From Sphingobacteriales bacterium (GTDB taxonomy: Bacteria; Bacteroidota; Bacteroidia; CAILMK01; JAAYUY01): 62,808 bases of DNA. The notes beneath the pieces were generated by a model, which did no database searches, was not told the origin of the DNA, and worked only from the letters and a program-made list of their open reading frames with translations. Within the stretch, counting starts at the first letter, position 1, and each line of letters starts with the position of its first letter. Location: the NCBI GenBank assembly GCA_012517435.1, contig JAAYUY010000086.1, positions 1 to 62,808 of the forward strand. Direction: 5' to 3'. A program made the position numbers and the translations under genes. Positions 10,222-22,673 of the stretch are shown piece after piece.

Positions 10222-13200
10222 ATGTCGCTTCGTAAAAGTAAAAAGAAAATAGACAGTAACTTCACTAAAATGAAGATAAGTCTGGCCTCTCCTGAAACCA
10301 TTCTCGACTGGTCGTATGGTGAAGTTACAAAACCCGAAACCATTAATTACCGTACATTCAAGCCCGAAATGGGTGGATTGTTTTGTGAAAGAATTTTCGG
10401 CCCGACAAAGGATTATGAATGTCATTGCGGCAAATATAAGAGAATACGTTATAAAGGAATTGTTTGCGACCGTTGTGGCGTTGAAGTAACCGAAAAACGT
10501 GTCAGAAGGGAAAGGATGGGACATATTAATCTGGTTGTACCTGTAGCTCACATCTGGTATTTCAAATCATTGCCCAATAAAATCGGCTACCTGCTTGGAA
10601 TTTCTTCCAAAAAGCTCGAAATGATAATTTATTATGAGCGCTATATTGTCATTCAACCGGGAATTAAAGAAAAAGATGGTGTAAATGCCCTCGATTTTCT
10701 GACAGAAGAGGAATACCTCGATATAATTGATTCCTTACCTGATGAAAATCAGTATCTTGATGAAAATGACCCCAATAAATTTGTGGCAAAAATGGGGGGT
10801 GAAGCACTGTATGACTTACTTTCACGAATCAATCTTGATGAATTATCCTATGAATTAAGACACAAGGCAAACACTGAAACATCGCAGCAAAGAAAAGCTG
10901 AAGCTTTAAAAAGGCTGAAAGTTATCGAAAGTTTTCGCGAAGCCAACCTTCATGGTGAAAACAGACCAGAATGGATGATGATCAAGGTTTTACCGGTCAT
11001 GCCACCCGAACTTCGCCCGTTAGTCCCACTTGATGGAGGACGTTTTGCTTCATCCGACCTGAACGATTTGTACAGAAGGGTAGTTATCAGAAACAACAGG
11101 TTGAAGAGACTGCTCGAAATCAAAGCTCCTGAAGTGATTCTGAGAAATGAAAAAAGAATGCTTCAGGAAGCAGTGGATTCATTATTCGACAATTCCAGAA
11201 AAGCAAGTGCTGTTAAAACCGAAGGAAACCGTCCGCTGAAATCCTTGAGCGATATGCTGAAAGGAAAGCAGGGGCGTTTTCGTCAAAACTTACTTGGTAA
11301 ACGTGTTGACTTTTCAGGCCGTTCAGTCATTGTGGTGGGGCCAACCCTGAAAATGCATGAATGTGGTTTACCTAAAGCCATGGCTGCCGAGCTTTTTAAA
11401 CCTTTCATTATCCGCAAGCTGATTGAAAGAGGTATTGTCAAAACAGTCAAATCGGCAAAGAAAATCGTTGAAAGAAAAGACAATATCATTTGGGAAATCC
11501 TTGAAAACATACTAAAAGGACATCCTGTATTACTTAACCGTGCTCCTACACTTCACCGTCTTGGTATTCAGGCATTTCAGCCCAAACTCGTTGAAGGTAA
11601 AGCTATTCAGCTGCATCCTCTTGTTTGTACAGGTTTCAATGCCGACTTTGATGGTGACCAGATGGCTGTTCATGTTCCACTAAGTCAGGCTGCTATTCTC
11701 GAAGCACAGTTATTGATGCTTTCATCCCACAATATTTTGTCGCCTTCCAACGGCTCACCTATTGTGGTGCCTTCTCAGGATATGGTTCTTGGGCTTTATT
11801 ACCTCACAAAAGGGAGAAAAAGCACACCTGAAAATCCTGTGAAAGGAGAAGGCCTGTACTTTTATTCACCCGAAGAAGCCATGATAGCATTCGACCATCA
11901 GGTGGTTGATCTTCATGCATTTGTCAATGTCAGGGTGCGTAAGGTTGACCATGATGGAAATTTCTATCATGAAATTGTTAATACAACGATTGGCCGGGTT
12001 ATTCTTAACCAATATGTTCCTGAAGAAATTGGCTTTATTAACGATATTCTGACCAAAAAATCTTTAAGAGATTACATTAACGAAATCTACAGGTTAGCCG
12101 GATACGAAAAAACGGCTAAATTCCTTGATGACATCAAAGACCTTGGATTCCATTATGCTTTTATTGGCGGGCTTTCCTTTAATATTTCCAATATTCCTGT
12201 TCCTCCTGAAAAAGAAGAGCTGATAGCTCAGGCTCAGGCTGAAGTGGAAGAAATCACCGAAAGTTATCTGAATGGTTTTATTACCAACAATGAAAGATAT
12301 AATCAGGTGATCGACATCTGGACAAGAATCACCAACTCTGTTACCAAGCATCTGCTGAAACATTTGTCGGAAGACCTTGATGGCTTTAATCCTATCTATA
12401 TGATGCTTGATTCAGGTGCAAGGGGTTCCAAGGAACAGATTCGACAGCTTGGCGGGATGAGAGGACTGATGGCAAAACCTAAAAAACACGTTTCAGGTGG
12501 TAATACCGGTGAAATTATTGAGAACCCTATTATTTCAAACTTTAAAGAAGGTTTGTCGGTTCTTGAGTACTTTATTTCCTCACACGGTGCTCGTAAAGGT
12601 TTGGCTGACACCGCTCTTAAAACAGCAGATGCCGGTTATCTGACCAGAAGGCTTCATGATGTTGCACAAGACGTGGTGGTCAGGGAAGAAGACTGTGGAA
12701 CATTGAGGGGACTTACCATTTCAGCACTGAAAGATAACGAAGAGATAGTCGAATCGCTTTATGACCGTATTCTTGGCAGGGTAGCTCTGCATGATGTTTA
12801 CCATCCGCTGACGGGTGAACTTATTATTGAAGCCGGACAGGAAATTACTGAAGAGTTAGCACAGAAAATTGAAGACAGCCCTATCGAAAGCGTTGAAATC
12901 AGGTCGGTTCTGACCTGCGAATCACGTAATGGGGTTTGTGAAAAATGTTATGGACGTAATCTCGCCAACAATCAGATGGTGCAGAAAGGAGAAGCTGTGG
13001 GTGTCATTGCCGCACAATCCATCGGAGAGCCGGGTACCCAGCTGACACTCCGTACTTTCCACGTTGGTGGTGCTGCTTCCCAGATCGCTTCTGAAAGTTA
13101 TATCAATGCAAAAATTGATGGTATCCTTGAATTCTCAGCAATGAGGACTGTCAGGTATGAGGAAAATGGAGAAGAAAAAGAAGTTGTGGTCAGCCGTACA

Positions 13201-14499
13201 GGAGAAATCAGAATTCTGGATAAAAAACTGAGAGCTGTCATTTATACCCACAACATACCTTATGGTGCTTTGCTGAATGTAAAAGACAATACAGAAATCA
13301 GAAAGGGCGACCGTATCTGTTCATGGGACCCATATAATGCCCTTATTATTTCCGAATATACCGGTACTATCAGATTCAAAAATGTTATCGAGGGTATTAC
13401 CTATCGTGAAGAAGCTGATGAGCAAACCGGCCACCGTGAAAAAGTGATTACCGATACCAAGGATAAGACAAAAATACCTTCCATTTTTATTGAAGAAAAT
13501 GGTGAGATTATTAAGGATTACAATGCCCCTGTTGGTGGTATCCTCAAAGTCGAAGACGGAGAAAGAATTCATGCAGGCCAGATATTGATCAAAATTCCTC
13601 GTTCTACCACAAGAACAAGGGATATTACCGGTGGTCTGCCACGTGTTACCGAACTCTTTGAAGCAAGAAATCCGTCAAATCCGGCTATCATCAGCGAAAT
13701 TGACGGTATAATCAGCTTTGGTTCTGTTAAAAGAGGTAACCGTGAAATCATTGTTACTTCCAATCAGGGTGATGTTAAAAAGTACCTTGTGCCTCTGTCC
13801 AAGCATATTCTTGTTCAGGAAAACGACTTTGTGAAAGCCGGAAGTCCTTTATCTGACGGTGCCATTACCCCGGCAGATATTTTGAAAATCAAAGGACCTT
13901 ATGCTGTTCAGCAATACATCCTGAACGGAATTCAGGAAGTTTACAGGCTTCAGGGTGTGAAAATCAATGACAAACACATTGAAGTCATTGTCAGGCAGAT
14001 GATGCAGAAGGTTACTATTGAAAATCCTGGTGACACCAGATTCCTTGAAGGAGATGCAGTTGACAAGTTTGAAGTGATCAAAGAAAACAACTGGATTTAC
14101 GATAAAAAGGTCGTTATTGACGAAGGAGATTCCCCAAGCCTTAAAAAAGGACAAATCATCAGTGCCAGAAGGTTAAGGGAAGAAAATTCAAACCTGAAAC
14201 GTAAAGACAAGAGACTGGTCGAAGCCAGAGACGGTATTCCGGCCACAGTAAGTCCGTTGTTACAGGGGATTACCCGTGCAAGTCTGGGAACAAACAGCTG
14301 GTTGTCGGCTGCTTCATTCCAGGAAACCACAAAAGTATTGAACGAAGCAGCAGTAGCAGGAAAAGTTGACCTGATGTTCGGACTTAAGGAAAATGTCATT
14401 GTCGGGCATAAAATACCTGCAGGAACCGGTTTGCGTGAATTTGAAAATCTGGTGGTAGGTTCAATGGAAGAATATCAGGAATTGTTAGGAGAAGAATAA
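10222..14499 (+). CDS. rpoC: DNA-directed RNA polymerase subunit beta'
   Basis: 1425 aa. Zn-finger [20 protein letters not shown] and catalytic [12 protein letters not shown] motif. Confidence 0.99.
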   Translation: MSLRKSKKKIDSNFTKMKISLASPETILDWSYGEVTKPETINYRTFKPEMGGLFCERIFGPTKDYECHCGKYKRIRYKGIVCDRCGVEVTEKRVRRERMGHINLVVPVAHIWYFKSLPNKIGYLLGISSKKLEMIIYYERYIVIQPGIKEKDGVNALDFLTEEEYLDIIDSLPDENQYLDENDPNKFVAKMGGEALYDLLSRINLDELSYELRHKANTETSQQRKAEALKRLKVIESFREANLHGENRPEWMMIKVLPVMPPELRPLVPLDGGRFASSDLNDLYRRVVIRNNRLKRLLEIKAPEVILRNEKRMLQEAVDSLFDNSRKASAVKTEGNRPLKSLSDMLKGKQGRFRQNLLGKRVDFSGRSVIVVGPTLKMHECGLPKAMAAELFKPFIIRKLIERGIVKTVKSAKKIVERKDNIIWEILENILKGHPVLLNRAPTLHRLGIQAFQPKLVEGKAIQLHPLVCTGFNADFDGDQMAVHVPLSQAAILEAQLLMLSSHNILSPSNGSPIVVPSQDMVLGLYYLTKGRKSTPENPVKGEGLYFYSPEEAMIAFDHQVVDLHAFVNVRVRKVDHDGNFYHEIVNTTIGRVILNQYVPEEIGFINDILTKKSLRDYINEIYRLAGYEKTAKFLDDIKDLGFHYAFIGGLSFNISNIPVPPEKEELIAQAQAEVEEITESYLNGFITNNERYNQVIDIWTRITNSVTKHLLKHLSEDLDGFNPIYMMLDSGARGSKEQIRQLGGMRGLMAKPKKHVSGGNTGEIIENPIISNFKEGLSVLEYFISSHGARKGLADTALKTADAGYLTRRLHDVAQDVVVREEDCGTLRGLTISALKDNEEIVESLYDRILGRVALHDVYHPLTGELIIEAGQEITEELAQKIEDSPIESVEIRSVLTCESRNGVCEKCYGRNLANNQMVQKGEAVGVIAAQSIGEPGTQLTLRTFHVGGAASQIASESYINAKIDGILEFSAMRTVRYEENGEEKEVVVSRTGEIRILDKKLRAVIYTHNIPYGALLNVKDNTEIRKGDRICSWDPYNALIISEYTGTIRFKNVIEGITYREEADEQTGHREKVITDTKDKTKIPSIFIEENGEIIKDYNAPVGGILKVEDGERIHAGQILIKIPRSTTRTRDITGGLPRVTELFEARNPSNPAIISEIDGIISFGSVKRGNREIIVTSNQGDVKKYLVPLSKHILVQENDFVKAGSPLSDGAITPADILKIKGPYAVQQYILNGIQEVYRLQGVKINDKHIEVIVRQMMQKVTIENPGDTRFLEGDAVDKFEVIKENNWIYDKKVVIDEGDSPSLKKGQIISARRLREENSNLKRKDKRLVEARDGIPATVSPLLQGITRASLGTNSWLSAASFQETTKVLNEAAVAGKVDLMFGLKENVIVGHKIPAGTGLREFENLVVGSMEEYQELLGEE

Positions 14500-14508
14500 T
14501 AGAAGAAT

Positions 14509-14826
14509 ATGGATGATCAAAAAAAACATGGAAATGAAATTAATGTAGAGCTTCCTGAGGAAATTGCAGATGGGATTTATTCCAATCTGGCTATCATTAC
14601 ACATTCACATTCAGAATTTATCATTGATTTCATTAAGATTATGCCGGGAGTGAATCGTGCGAAAGTGAAATCAAGGATAATATTGACTCCTCAGCATGCG
14701 AAAAGACTACTTCGTGCATTGCAGGACAATATCCAGAAATTCGAAAATCAGTTTGGCCAAATCCGTACTGATGACGGATATGAAGGTATTCCTTTGAATT
14801 TTGGCGGACCTACTCCTCAGGCCTGA
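14509..14826 (+). CDS. DUF3467-family small protein
   Basis: 105 aa starting 9 nt after rpoC. Sequence (YSNLAIITHSHSEFIIDFI ... LTPQHAKRLLRAL) matches my recollection of DUF3467, which commonly follows rpoC in Bacteroidota. Confidence 0.65.
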   Translation: MDDQKKHGNEINVELPEEIADGIYSNLAIITHSHSEFIIDFIKIMPGVNRAKVKSRIILTPQHAKRLLRALQDNIQKFENQFGQIRTDDGYEGIPLNFGGPTPQA

Positions 14827-14857
14827 TGAAAAAAATATTTTTTTATAGTTAATTAAT

Positions 14858-14880
14858 TTTGAAAAGAGTTTATACCTTTG
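14858..14880 (+). promoter_or_regulatory. Promoter for the rpsL-rplQ cluster (-7 TACCTTTG at 14873-14880)
   Basis: Exact TAnnTTTG match followed by GCAGTCC, with an upstream AATTAATTTTG element. Lies 31 nt upstream of the rpsL ATG. Confidence 0.55.
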
Positions 14881-14911
14881 CAGTCCAAAAAAATTGAAAT
14901 AATTTTATTGT

Positions 14912-15292
14912 ATGCCAACGATACAGCAATTAGTTAGAAAAGGGCGGGCGGAAGTTATTAAGAAAAGTAAGTCCCCTGCGCTCGATTCTTGTCCTCAGAA
15001 AAGAGGAGTATGTACCAGAGTATATACAACGACTCCCAAAAAGCCGAATTCTGCCATGCGAAAAGTTGCAAGAGTCAGATTATCAAATGGTAAGGAAGTT
15101 AACGTGTATATTCCGGGTGAAGGACATAACCTTCAGGAACACTCCATTGTTTTAATCAGGGGAGGTAGGGTGAAAGACTTGCCTGGTGTGAGGTATCATA
15201 TTATCAGGGGAGCTCTCGATACCCTCGGTGTTGACGGTCGTAAACAGGGAAGATCAAAATATGGTGCAAAACGTCCAAAACAAAAAAAATAG
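14912..15292 (+). CDS. rpsL: 30S ribosomal protein S12
   Basis: [12 protein letters not shown] ... [17 protein letters not shown] ... [17 protein letters not shown]. Confidence 0.98.
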   Translation: MPTIQQLVRKGRAEVIKKSKSPALDSCPQKRGVCTRVYTTTPKKPNSAMRKVARVRLSNGKEVNVYIPGEGHNLQEHSIVLIRGGRVKDLPGVRYHIIRGALDTLGVDGRKQGRSKYGAKRPKQKK

Positions 15293-15298
15293 CAGATC

Positions 15299-15769
15299 AT
15301 GAGAAAAAGCAGACCAAAAAGGCGTGAAATTAAACCTGATCCAAAATATGGTGATGTTGTTTTACAGAAATTTGTCAATGCGCTGATGTGGGACGGAAAA
15401 AAGAGCGTTGCATACAACGTGGTTTATGGAGCTTTGGACATCATCAAAAATAAAAACAAAGAAAAACCGGAACTTGAAGTTTTTAAAACAGCATTATATA
15501 ATGTCATGCCCGTTGTGGAAGTTAAAAGTAGAAGAATTGGTGGTGCCACTTTTCAGATTCCAACCGAAATCAATGAAAGCAGGCGCATGTCGCTGGGCAT
15601 GAGATGGCTATACGGCTTCGCCCGTAAAAGAAGCGGACGCTCTATGGCTGAAAAACTTGCTTCCGAAATTCTTTCTGCCTACAACAATGAAGGTTCAGCA
15701 GTAAAGAAGAAAGAAGATACACATAAAATGGCTGAGGCCAATAAAGCATTTTCGCATTTTAAAGTTTAA
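15299..15769 (+). CDS. rpsG: 30S ribosomal protein S7
   Basis: 156 aa, S7-like ([25 protein letters not shown] ... [16 protein letters not shown]). Confidence 0.97.
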   Translation: MRKSRPKRREIKPDPKYGDVVLQKFVNALMWDGKKSVAYNVVYGALDIIKNKNKEKPELEVFKTALYNVMPVVEVKSRRIGGATFQIPTEINESRRMSLGMRWLYGFARKRSGRSMAEKLASEILSAYNNEGSAVKKKEDTHKMAEANKAFSHFKV

Positions 15770-15783
15770 TACTCGTGGTTGTA

Positions 15784-17892
15784 ATGGTTAAAACGGATTT
15801 GAGCAAACAACGGAATATTGGGATTATGGCTCATATTGATGCCGGAAAAACCACTACGACCGAACGTATTTTATATTACACAGGTATTAATTACAAAATC
15901 GGGGAAGTTCATGAGGGTGCTGCTACCATGGACTGGATGGTTCAGGAGCAGGAAAGAGGTATTACTATCACCGCTGCTACTACCCGTGTTTTTTGGAATT
16001 TTAATAATACCGAATATACCATTAATATTATAGATACTCCCGGACATGTTGACTTCACCGTTGAAGTTGAGCGTTCGCTGCGTGTGCTCGATGGTGCCAT
16101 TGCTCTGTTCTGTGCTGTCGGAGGGGTGGAACCTCAATCGGAAACCGTCTGGAAACAGGCAAATAAATATCATGTCCCAAGGATTGCATTTATCAATAAA
16201 CTCGATCGCCCGGGCGCTGACTATTTTGGCGTAATCGAACAGCTTAAAACCAAACTGGCTGCCAATCCTTTGCCACTGTTTATCCCTTTTGGTGAAGAAC
16301 TTACATTTACCGGCAATATTGATGTCATCAACCAACGCGTTCTCATCTGGGATGAAAATGACTTTGGGATAACCTATTACCATGCCGATATTCCTGATGA
16401 TATGGTTGATGAGGTGAAAAACCTTAGGAATCAGCTTATTGAAACCATCAGTGAATACGATGACCACATCCTTGAAAAGTACCTTACTTCTGCAGAAGAT
16501 ATTACGGCAGAAGAACTCGATTCAGCCATCCGTAAGGCAACGATTGAAATGAAAGTTACCCCTGTTTTTTGTGGAGCTTCCTTTAAAAATAAAGGTATTC
16601 AGCCATTGCTTGACGGGGTAGTTAAATATTTGCCTGCTCCCAACGACCTGCCTGCTATCGAAGGCGTAAATCCTTATACAGAAAAAGTTGAACATCGGCA
16701 GATTGATGCTGATGAGAAGTTCACTGCACTTGTCTTTAAAATTGTTACTGATCCTTATGTCGGAAAATTAGCTTATTTCAGGGTTTACTCCGGCACCATG
16801 GAAGCAGGTCAGGAAGTGCTGAACGTGAGAACGGGTAAAAAAGAAAGATTGTCTCGTCTGTTTCAGATGCATGCCAACAAGCAGAATCCCATCAAAGAAA
16901 TACAGGCAGGTGATATAGCCGCAGGTGTTGGCTTCAAAGATATTAAAACCGGAGACACACTTACCGATGTCAAAGCTCCGCTTTTTCTGGAGTCAATAGA
17001 TTTTCCTGAACCTGTTATTGGTATTGCTGTTGAGCCTAAAACTCAGGCCGACATGGATAAAATGGCTATCGCATTGAACAAACTGGCTGAAGAAGATCCT
17101 ACTTTTAATGTCAAAGTCAATAACGAAACAGGGCAAACGGTCATCAGCGGAATGGGAGAGCTTCATCTCGAAATTATTTTAGACCGTCTCAGGAGAGAAT
17201 TCAATATCAACTGCAATCAGGGTACACCCGAAGTAGCCTACAAAGAAGCATTGACCAAATCAACCCGGCATCGTGAAGTTTACAAAAAACAAACAGGAGG
17301 AAAAGGTAAATTTGCTGACATTGAGTTTGAATTGGGGCCTGCTGATCCTGGAGTAAAAGGCGTTCAGTTTATCAATGAAATAACAGGCGGAAATATCCCT
17401 AGGGAATTCATACCGGCCATTGAAAAAGGTTTTAAAATGGCCATCAACAATGGTGTTCTGGCCAGCTTTCCGGTTGAAGCAGTGAAAATCAGGCTGATAG
17501 ATGGTAGCTATCACCCTGTTGACAGCGATTCCCTGTCGTTTGAATCAGCTGCCAGACTTGGTTTTCGTGAAGCCGCCAAAAAGTGTGGAGCAGTGTTGAT
17601 GGAACCCATCATGAGTGTGGAAGTAGTAACACCCGAAGAATATCTGGGCGATGTGATTGGCGACCTGAACCGCAGACGCGGACAGATAGAAGGAGCTGAT
17701 ATCCGTGGAATTTCTCAGATTGTCAAGGCAAAAGTTCCTCTTTCTGAGCTGTTCGGGTATGTTACCGTTTTAAGGACACTTACTTCAGGACGTGGACTTT
17801 CGACAGTTACCTTTTCACACTATCAGATTGTACCAGAAGATATTCAGAAAAAAGTATTAGCAAAAATTAAAGGAGATTTCTTTTTTAACTAA
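15784..17892 (+). CDS. fusA: Elongation factor G
   Basis: [25 protein letters not shown] and DTPGHVDF motifs. I prefer the ATG at 15784 to the GTG at 15775, but the start is uncertain by 3 codons. Confidence 0.95.
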   Translation: MVKTDLSKQRNIGIMAHIDAGKTTTTERILYYTGINYKIGEVHEGAATMDWMVQEQERGITITAATTRVFWNFNNTEYTINIIDTPGHVDFTVEVERSLRVLDGAIALFCAVGGVEPQSETVWKQANKYHVPRIAFINKLDRPGADYFGVIEQLKTKLAANPLPLFIPFGEELTFTGNIDVINQRVLIWDENDFGITYYHADIPDDMVDEVKNLRNQLIETISEYDDHILEKYLTSAEDITAEELDSAIRKATIEMKVTPVFCGASFKNKGIQPLLDGVVKYLPAPNDLPAIEGVNPYTEKVEHRQIDADEKFTALVFKIVTDPYVGKLAYFRVYSGTMEAGQEVLNVRTGKKERLSRLFQMHANKQNPIKEIQAGDIAAGVGFKDIKTGDTLTDVKAPLFLESIDFPEPVIGIAVEPKTQADMDKMAIALNKLAEEDPTFNVKVNNETGQTVISGMGELHLEIILDRLRREFNINCNQGTPEVAYKEALTKSTRHREVYKKQTGGKGKFADIEFELGPADPGVKGVQFINEITGGNIPREFIPAIEKGFKMAINNGVLASFPVEAVKIRLIDGSYHPVDSDSLSFESAARLGFREAAKKCGAVLMEPIMSVEVVTPEEYLGDVIGDLNRRRGQIEGADIRGISQIVKAKVPLSELFGYVTVLRTLTSGRGLSTVTFSHYQIVPEDIQKKVLAKIKGDFFFN

Positions 17893-17901
17893 GAAATAAA
17901 T

Positions 17902-18210
17902 ATGGGAACTCAAAAAATCAGAATCAAATTAAGGTCTTTTGACTATAGCCTGGTGGACAAATCGGCTGAAAAAATAGTCAAAACGGTGAAGATTACCGGA
18001 GCCATTGTGAACGGGCCAATACCTTTACCTTCAAAAAGAAAAATATTTACAGTACTTCGTTCACCACACGTCAACAAGACTTCCCGTGAACAGTTTGAAC
18101 TTTGTTCTCATAAGAGATTAATAGACATTTACAGTACAAGCTCGAAAACAGTGGATGCATTGATGAAGCTCGAATTACCTGCAGGTGTTGATGTAGAAAT
18201 AAAAGTATAA
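17902..18210 (+). CDS. rpsJ: 30S ribosomal protein S10
   Basis: 102 aa ([21 protein letters not shown] ... [14 protein letters not shown]). Confidence 0.97.
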   Translation: MGTQKIRIKLRSFDYSLVDKSAEKIVKTVKITGAIVNGPIPLPSKRKIFTVLRSPHVNKTSREQFELCSHKRLIDIYSTSSKTVDALMKLELPAGVDVEIKV

Positions 18211-18212
18211 TT

Positions 18213-18845
18213 ATGGTAGGCATTATTGGAAAAAAATTAGGCATGACAAGGATTTTCACCGAAGCTGGTGAAAACATAGCCTGTACCGTTATTCAGGCAG
18301 GGCCCTGTGTGGTTACCCAATTGAAAAACATTGATAAGGAAGGTTATAATGCTGTTCAGCTGGCATTTGGCGAAAAGAAGGAAAAGAATACATCAAAAGC
18401 TTTAATGGGTCATTTCAAAAAAGCCGGTACCACACCTAAATCAAAATTGGTAGAATTCAGAAATCTGAGAAAATATCCGGGTGTTGAAAAAATCAAACTC
18501 GGAGATACCCTCGATATTAGCATTTTTAATGAAAATGAATGGGTTGACGTAACCGGTATTTCCAGAGGAAAAGGATTTCAGGGTGTTGTCAAACGTCATG
18601 GGTTCAGCGGGGTAGGAGGAGCCACCCACGGTCAGCACGACAGGCTCAGGGCTCCGGGTTCTGTTGGCGCTTCGTCATTCCCTTCCCGTGTTTTTAAAGG
18701 TTTGAGAATGGCTGGCAGAACAGGAAATAAAAAAGTTAAGATTATCAACCTGCAAGTGGCCAGAATCGACAGAGAACACAACCTCATGTATCTGAATGGC
18801 CCCGTACCGGGATATAAAGGTTCATACATTATTATTGAGAAATAA
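18213..18845 (+). CDS. rplC: 50S ribosomal protein L3
   Basis: 210 aa ([17 protein letters not shown] ... [15 protein letters not shown]). Confidence 0.97.
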   Translation: MVGIIGKKLGMTRIFTEAGENIACTVIQAGPCVVTQLKNIDKEGYNAVQLAFGEKKEKNTSKALMGHFKKAGTTPKSKLVEFRNLRKYPGVEKIKLGDTLDISIFNENEWVDVTGISRGKGFQGVVKRHGFSGVGGATHGQHDRLRAPGSVGASSFPSRVFKGLRMAGRTGNKKVKIINLQVARIDREHNLMYLNGPVPGYKGSYIIIEK

Positions 18846-18851
18846 AAGACT

Positions 18852-19481
18852 ATGAAAGTAGAAGTTTATACGATAAATGGTGAAAAAACTGACAGGCAGA
18901 TTGACCTGCCGGATGAAATTTTTGCCGTAAAACCTAACGACCATGCTATTTATCTGGATGTCAAAAGGATTATGGCTTCATTTCGTCAGGGAACACACAA
19001 AGCTAAAGAAAGAGCAGAGGTTTCCGGTTCAACAAAAAAACTGAGAAGACAAAAAGGAACCGGAGCTGCCAGGGTGGGTAGTATTAAAAACCCATTGTTC
19101 AGAGGAGGCGGAAGAATATTCGGCCCGCGTCCCCGCGATTATGCCATCAAACTCAACAAGAAAGTCAGGGAGCTGGCACGTAAATCTGCTTTAAGCTACA
19201 AGGTGATTGAAAACAAAATCAAAGTCGTTGAAGATTTCGATTTTGAACAGCCAAAAACAAAAGAATTTGCAACAATTTTAAAGAATCTTCAGGCCAAAGA
19301 CAGCAAGAATCTTTTTGTCGTAAATATTGAAAAAGAAAATATTTATTTATCAGGCAGAAATCTGTCAAATACCTATATTTGCCCCCCTGAAAATTTGAAT
19401 ACCTACGTGATTTTAGACAATGATTTGCTTGTTTTGACCGAGAGTTCTGTTGAAATTATTAAAAAAACTTTTTTGAATTAG
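18852..19481 (+). CDS. rplD: 50S ribosomal protein L4
   Basis: 209 aa (KLRRQKGTGAARVGSIKNPLFRGGGRIFGPRPRDY). Confidence 0.96.
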   Translation: MKVEVYTINGEKTDRQIDLPDEIFAVKPNDHAIYLDVKRIMASFRQGTHKAKERAEVSGSTKKLRRQKGTGAARVGSIKNPLFRGGGRIFGPRPRDYAIKLNKKVRELARKSALSYKVIENKIKVVEDFDFEQPKTKEFATILKNLQAKDSKNLFVVNIEKENIYLSGRNLSNTYICPPENLNTYVILDNDLLVLTESSVEIIKKTFLN

Positions 19482-19486
19482 GAAAT

Positions 19487-19777
19487 ATGAGCGTGATAAA
19501 AAGACCCGTGATTACCGAAAAGTATTCGTCAATGGGTGAAAAACTCAACAAATATGGGTTTATTGTCGATAAGAAGGCTTCAAAAGAATCAATTAAAAAA
19601 GAAGTTGAAAAGCTTTATGGAGTGGAGGTCATGCAGATAAACACCATTATTTACGGAGGAAAACCGAAGACCAGATATACCAAAAAGAATATCATCAAGG
19701 GAAGAACAAGAGGATTCAAAAAAGCAATAGTAACGCTAAAAGAAGGACAAGTTATTGATTTCTATAGTAATTTATAA
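19487..19777 (+). CDS. rplW: 50S ribosomal protein L23
   Basis: 96 aa ([13 protein letters not shown] ... [11 protein letters not shown]). Conserved S10-operon position. Confidence 0.95.
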   Translation: MSVIKRPVITEKYSSMGEKLNKYGFIVDKKASKESIKKEVEKLYGVEVMQINTIIYGGKPKTRYTKKNIIKGRTRGFKKAIVTLKEGQVIDFYSNL

Positions 19778-19782
19778 GTAAG

Positions 19783-20604
19783 ATGACTTTAAAAAGATTA
19801 AAACCAATAACCTCAGCACAGCGTTTTGCAGTAGTAAACGCTTATGAAGAGTTAACAACCAACCAACCTGAGAAAAGTCTGCTTGTCCCGGTCAGGAAAT
19901 CTGGCGGAAGAAACAATCAGGGTAGAAGGACGATGCGTTATATCGGTGGAGGACATAAACAAAAATACCGTCTGATTGATTTCAAACGCGATAAATTTAA
20001 TATTCCGGGCACTATCCAATCGGTGGAATATGATCCAAACAGAACTTCGTTTATTTCGCTGGTCAAATATGCAGACGGAGAAAAACGCTATATCATTGCA
20101 CCCAATGGCGTAAAAGTAGGTCAGAAGGTTGAAAGCGGAGAAGTAGCTCCTGAAATTGGCAATGCCATGAAGCTGAGCAATATTCCGTTAGGTTCTTTTG
20201 TTCATAACATCGAACTGCATCCCGGAAAAGGAGGAGAGCTTGCCCGTAGTGCCGGTACTTATGCCCAGCTGATGGCTAAGGAAGGCAAATATGCCGTTTT
20301 AAGAATGCCCTCAGGCGAAGTTCGCAGGGTACTCGTTAATTGTATGGCCACCATAGGAGTAGTTTCCAATCCTGATCACAACCTGGTTAAAAAGGGGAAA
20401 GCAGGGAGAAATCGCTGGCTGGGAATTCGCCCGCGCAACCGTGGTGTTGCCATGAACCCGGTTGATCATCCCATGGGTGGTGGTGAAGGTAAAGCTTCCG
20501 GAGGTCATCCCCGTTCACGTAAAGGACTCTATGCCAAGGGAAAGAAAACAAGAAGCAAAACAAGATATAGCAATAAAATGATTATTGAAAGGAGGAAAAA
20601 GTAG
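19783..20604 (+). CDS. rplB: 50S ribosomal protein L2
   Basis: 273 aa ([26 protein letters not shown] ... [12 protein letters not shown]). Confidence 0.98.
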   Translation: MTLKRLKPITSAQRFAVVNAYEELTTNQPEKSLLVPVRKSGGRNNQGRRTMRYIGGGHKQKYRLIDFKRDKFNIPGTIQSVEYDPNRTSFISLVKYADGEKRYIIAPNGVKVGQKVESGEVAPEIGNAMKLSNIPLGSFVHNIELHPGKGGELARSAGTYAQLMAKEGKYAVLRMPSGEVRRVLVNCMATIGVVSNPDHNLVKKGKAGRNRWLGIRPRNRGVAMNPVDHPMGGGEGKASGGHPRSRKGLYAKGKKTRSKTRYSNKMIIERRKK

Positions 20605-20607
20605 TTT

Positions 20608-20871
20608 ATGGCAAGATCAATTAAAAAAGGCCCTTATGTTTCATTTAAACTGGAAAAGAAAGTCCAGGAACTGAATGAAAAAAACAAAAAGGCCGTTATT
20701 AAAACATGGTCAAGAAGGTCGATGATTATCCCCGACTTTGTAGGCCATACCTTTGCTGTACATAATGGAAACAAGTTTATCCCTGTATATGTTACGGAAA
20801 ATATGGTCGGACATAAACTTGGTGAATTTGCACCTACCCGTAACTTCCGTGGTCACCCTGTTAAAAAATAA
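20608..20871 (+). CDS. rpsS: 30S ribosomal protein S19
   Basis: 87 aa ([10 protein letters not shown] ... [33 protein letters not shown]). Confidence 0.97.
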   Translation: MARSIKKGPYVSFKLEKKVQELNEKNKKAVIKTWSRRSMIIPDFVGHTFAVHNGNKFIPVYVTENMVGHKLGEFAPTRNFRGHPVKK

Positions 20872-20874
20872 AGC

Positions 20875-21291
20875 ATGAAAACAACAGCTCATCTTAAAAA
20901 CGTTCCATATTCACCTCAGAAAATGAGGTTAGTGGCTGATTTAATCCGTGGAAAAAGTGTAGAAGATGCTTTGAATATTCTTAAATATCAAAGCAGGAAA
21001 GCCTATGCAACGGTGCTGGAAAAACTGCTGATTTCAGCTATTCATAACTACAGAAATATTAATGAAGACAGCAGGATTGAAGAAAGCGAACTTTTCATTT
21101 CCAAACTGATGATTGACAATGGAAGCATGCTGAAACGTTTACGTCCTGCTCCTCAGGGAAGGGGCTACCGTGTCAGGAAACGCTCTCATCATATCACACT
21201 CGAAATTCAGTCTTATAATGAAAATGATTATACGATTGAAGAACAAAATGAAAATATTGACGAAAACATTCAGGAAAATATAGCAGAATAA
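20875..21291 (+). CDS. rplV: 50S ribosomal protein L22, with acidic C-terminal extension
   Basis: 138 aa. L22 core (PQKMRLVADLIRGKSVEDALNIL ... PAPQGRGYRVRKRSHHITL) plus a 27-aa E/N-rich tail. Confidence 0.95.
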   Translation: MKTTAHLKNVPYSPQKMRLVADLIRGKSVEDALNILKYQSRKAYATVLEKLLISAIHNYRNINEDSRIEESELFISKLMIDNGSMLKRLRPAPQGRGYRVRKRSHHITLEIQSYNENDYTIEEQNENIDENIQENIAE

Positions 21292-21294
21292 TTT

Positions 21295-22005
21295 ATGGGA
21301 CAAAAAGTAAATCCGATAGCATTACGACTTGGTTTTATCAGGGGATGGGAATCAAACTGGTATGGCGAAAAAGATTTTGCCGCAAAACTTATGGAAGACC
21401 ATCAGATCAGACAATATGTCAATGCACGTTTGTCGAAGGGTGGTATTGCCAGAATAGTAATTGAAAGAACATTAAAAAGAATTACTGTAACCATTCATAC
21501 CTCCCGTCCGGGACTGGTCATCGGAAAGGGTGGCAACGAAGTTGATAAACTCAAGGAAGAATTAAAAAAGCTTACAAATAAAGACGTACAGATCAATATT
21601 TACGAAATAAGAAGACCGGAGCTTGAAGCCCAGCTGGTAGCAGAAAATATTGCTTCACAAATCAGGGCAAGGATGAGCTACAGAAGAGCCATGAAAATGG
21701 CAGTGGCTTCAACCATGAGAGTCGGAGCGCAGGGAATAAAAATTAAATGTTCGGGAAGATTGGGGGGCGCTGAAATGGCAAGGACTGAAGAATATAAAGA
21801 AGGACGTATTCCTCTTCATACTTTCAGATCCGACATTGACTATGCCCATGTCGATTCGCAGACCATCTACGGAACAATAGGTGTAAAAGTATGGATATGC
21901 AAAGGAGAGGTTTTCGGAAGAAGAGACCTTTCAATGAACTTTGGCGTTTCGACAGATAAGACGAGAAAAGCTCCCAAAAGATTAGGACAGAGAAAAAGAA
22001 AGTAA
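21295..22005 (+). CDS. rpsC: 30S ribosomal protein S3
   Basis: 236 aa ([13 protein letters not shown] ... KH domain [14 protein letters not shown]). Confidence 0.97.
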   Translation: MGQKVNPIALRLGFIRGWESNWYGEKDFAAKLMEDHQIRQYVNARLSKGGIARIVIERTLKRITVTIHTSRPGLVIGKGGNEVDKLKEELKKLTNKDVQINIYEIRRPELEAQLVAENIASQIRARMSYRRAMKMAVASTMRVGAQGIKIKCSGRLGGAEMARTEEYKEGRIPLHTFRSDIDYAHVDSQTIYGTIGVKVWICKGEVFGRRDLSMNFGVSTDKTRKAPKRLGQRKRK

Positions 22006-22027
22006 GTGAACTGAAAAATTAACAGAA

Positions 22028-22456
22028 ATGTTACAGCCAAAAAAATCAAAATTCAGAAAGGTACAGAAAGGCAGGATAAAAGGCGTTGCCATCAAAGGTG
22101 CTGAAATAGCATACGGCAGCTTTGGATTAAAAGGACTTGAGCCGGCACGTATCACTTCAAATCAGATTGAAGCAGCCCGTATTGCCATCAACCGTTATCT
22201 GAAAAGAGAAGGGAAAATGTGGATACGCCTGTTCCCCGACAAGCCAATTACCAAAAAACCTGCTGAAGTCAGGATGGGAAAAGGAAAAGGAAATCCTGAG
22301 TATTGGGTAGCTGTATGCAAGCCTGGGAAAATAATTTTTGAGATAGAAGGCGTTTCTTACCAACTGGCTAAAAGAGCGCTCGAACTGGGTGCACAAAAAC
22401 TGCCCCTTGCTACTAAAGTAGTAGTCAGAAAAGATTATGTAGAAGAAAACGTATAA
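22028..22456 (+). CDS. rplP: 50S ribosomal protein L16
   Basis: 142 aa ([19 protein letters not shown] ... [14 protein letters not shown]). Confidence 0.97.
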   Translation: MLQPKKSKFRKVQKGRIKGVAIKGAEIAYGSFGLKGLEPARITSNQIEAARIAINRYLKREGKMWIRLFPDKPITKKPAEVRMGKGKGNPEYWVAVCKPGKIIFEIEGVSYQLAKRALELGAQKLPLATKVVVRKDYVEENV

Positions 22457-22469
22457 AAGAGCCGGAGTT

Positions 22470-22670
22470 ATGAAATACAAGGAAATACAGGATCTGACCA
22501 ATAAGGAATTAAAAGACCTGATAGAAGAAGAACAGATTCGCTATGTAAAAATGAAGCTGACACATAAAATTTCTCCTCTTGACAATCCGATGAAAATCAG
22601 GGAAACAAGAAGAAAAATAGCCAGACTGAAGACAGAATTGAGAATCCGGCAATTAAATGAAAATAAATAA
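22470..22670 (+). CDS. rpmC: 50S ribosomal protein L29
   Basis: 66 aa helical protein (LTNKELKDLIEEEQ ... IARLKTELRIR), in its conserved position. Confidence 0.92.
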   Translation: MKYKEIQDLTNKELKDLIEEEQIRYVKMKLTHKISPLDNPMKIRETRRKIARLKTELRIRQLNENK

Positions 22671-22673
22671 AGC

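Noticed and set aside
15871-16467. 198-aa antisense ORF inside fusA
   Set aside because: Same reasoning as for the rpoB antisense ORFs. It is fully nested antisense to the conserved EF-G G-domain and has no independent signals.
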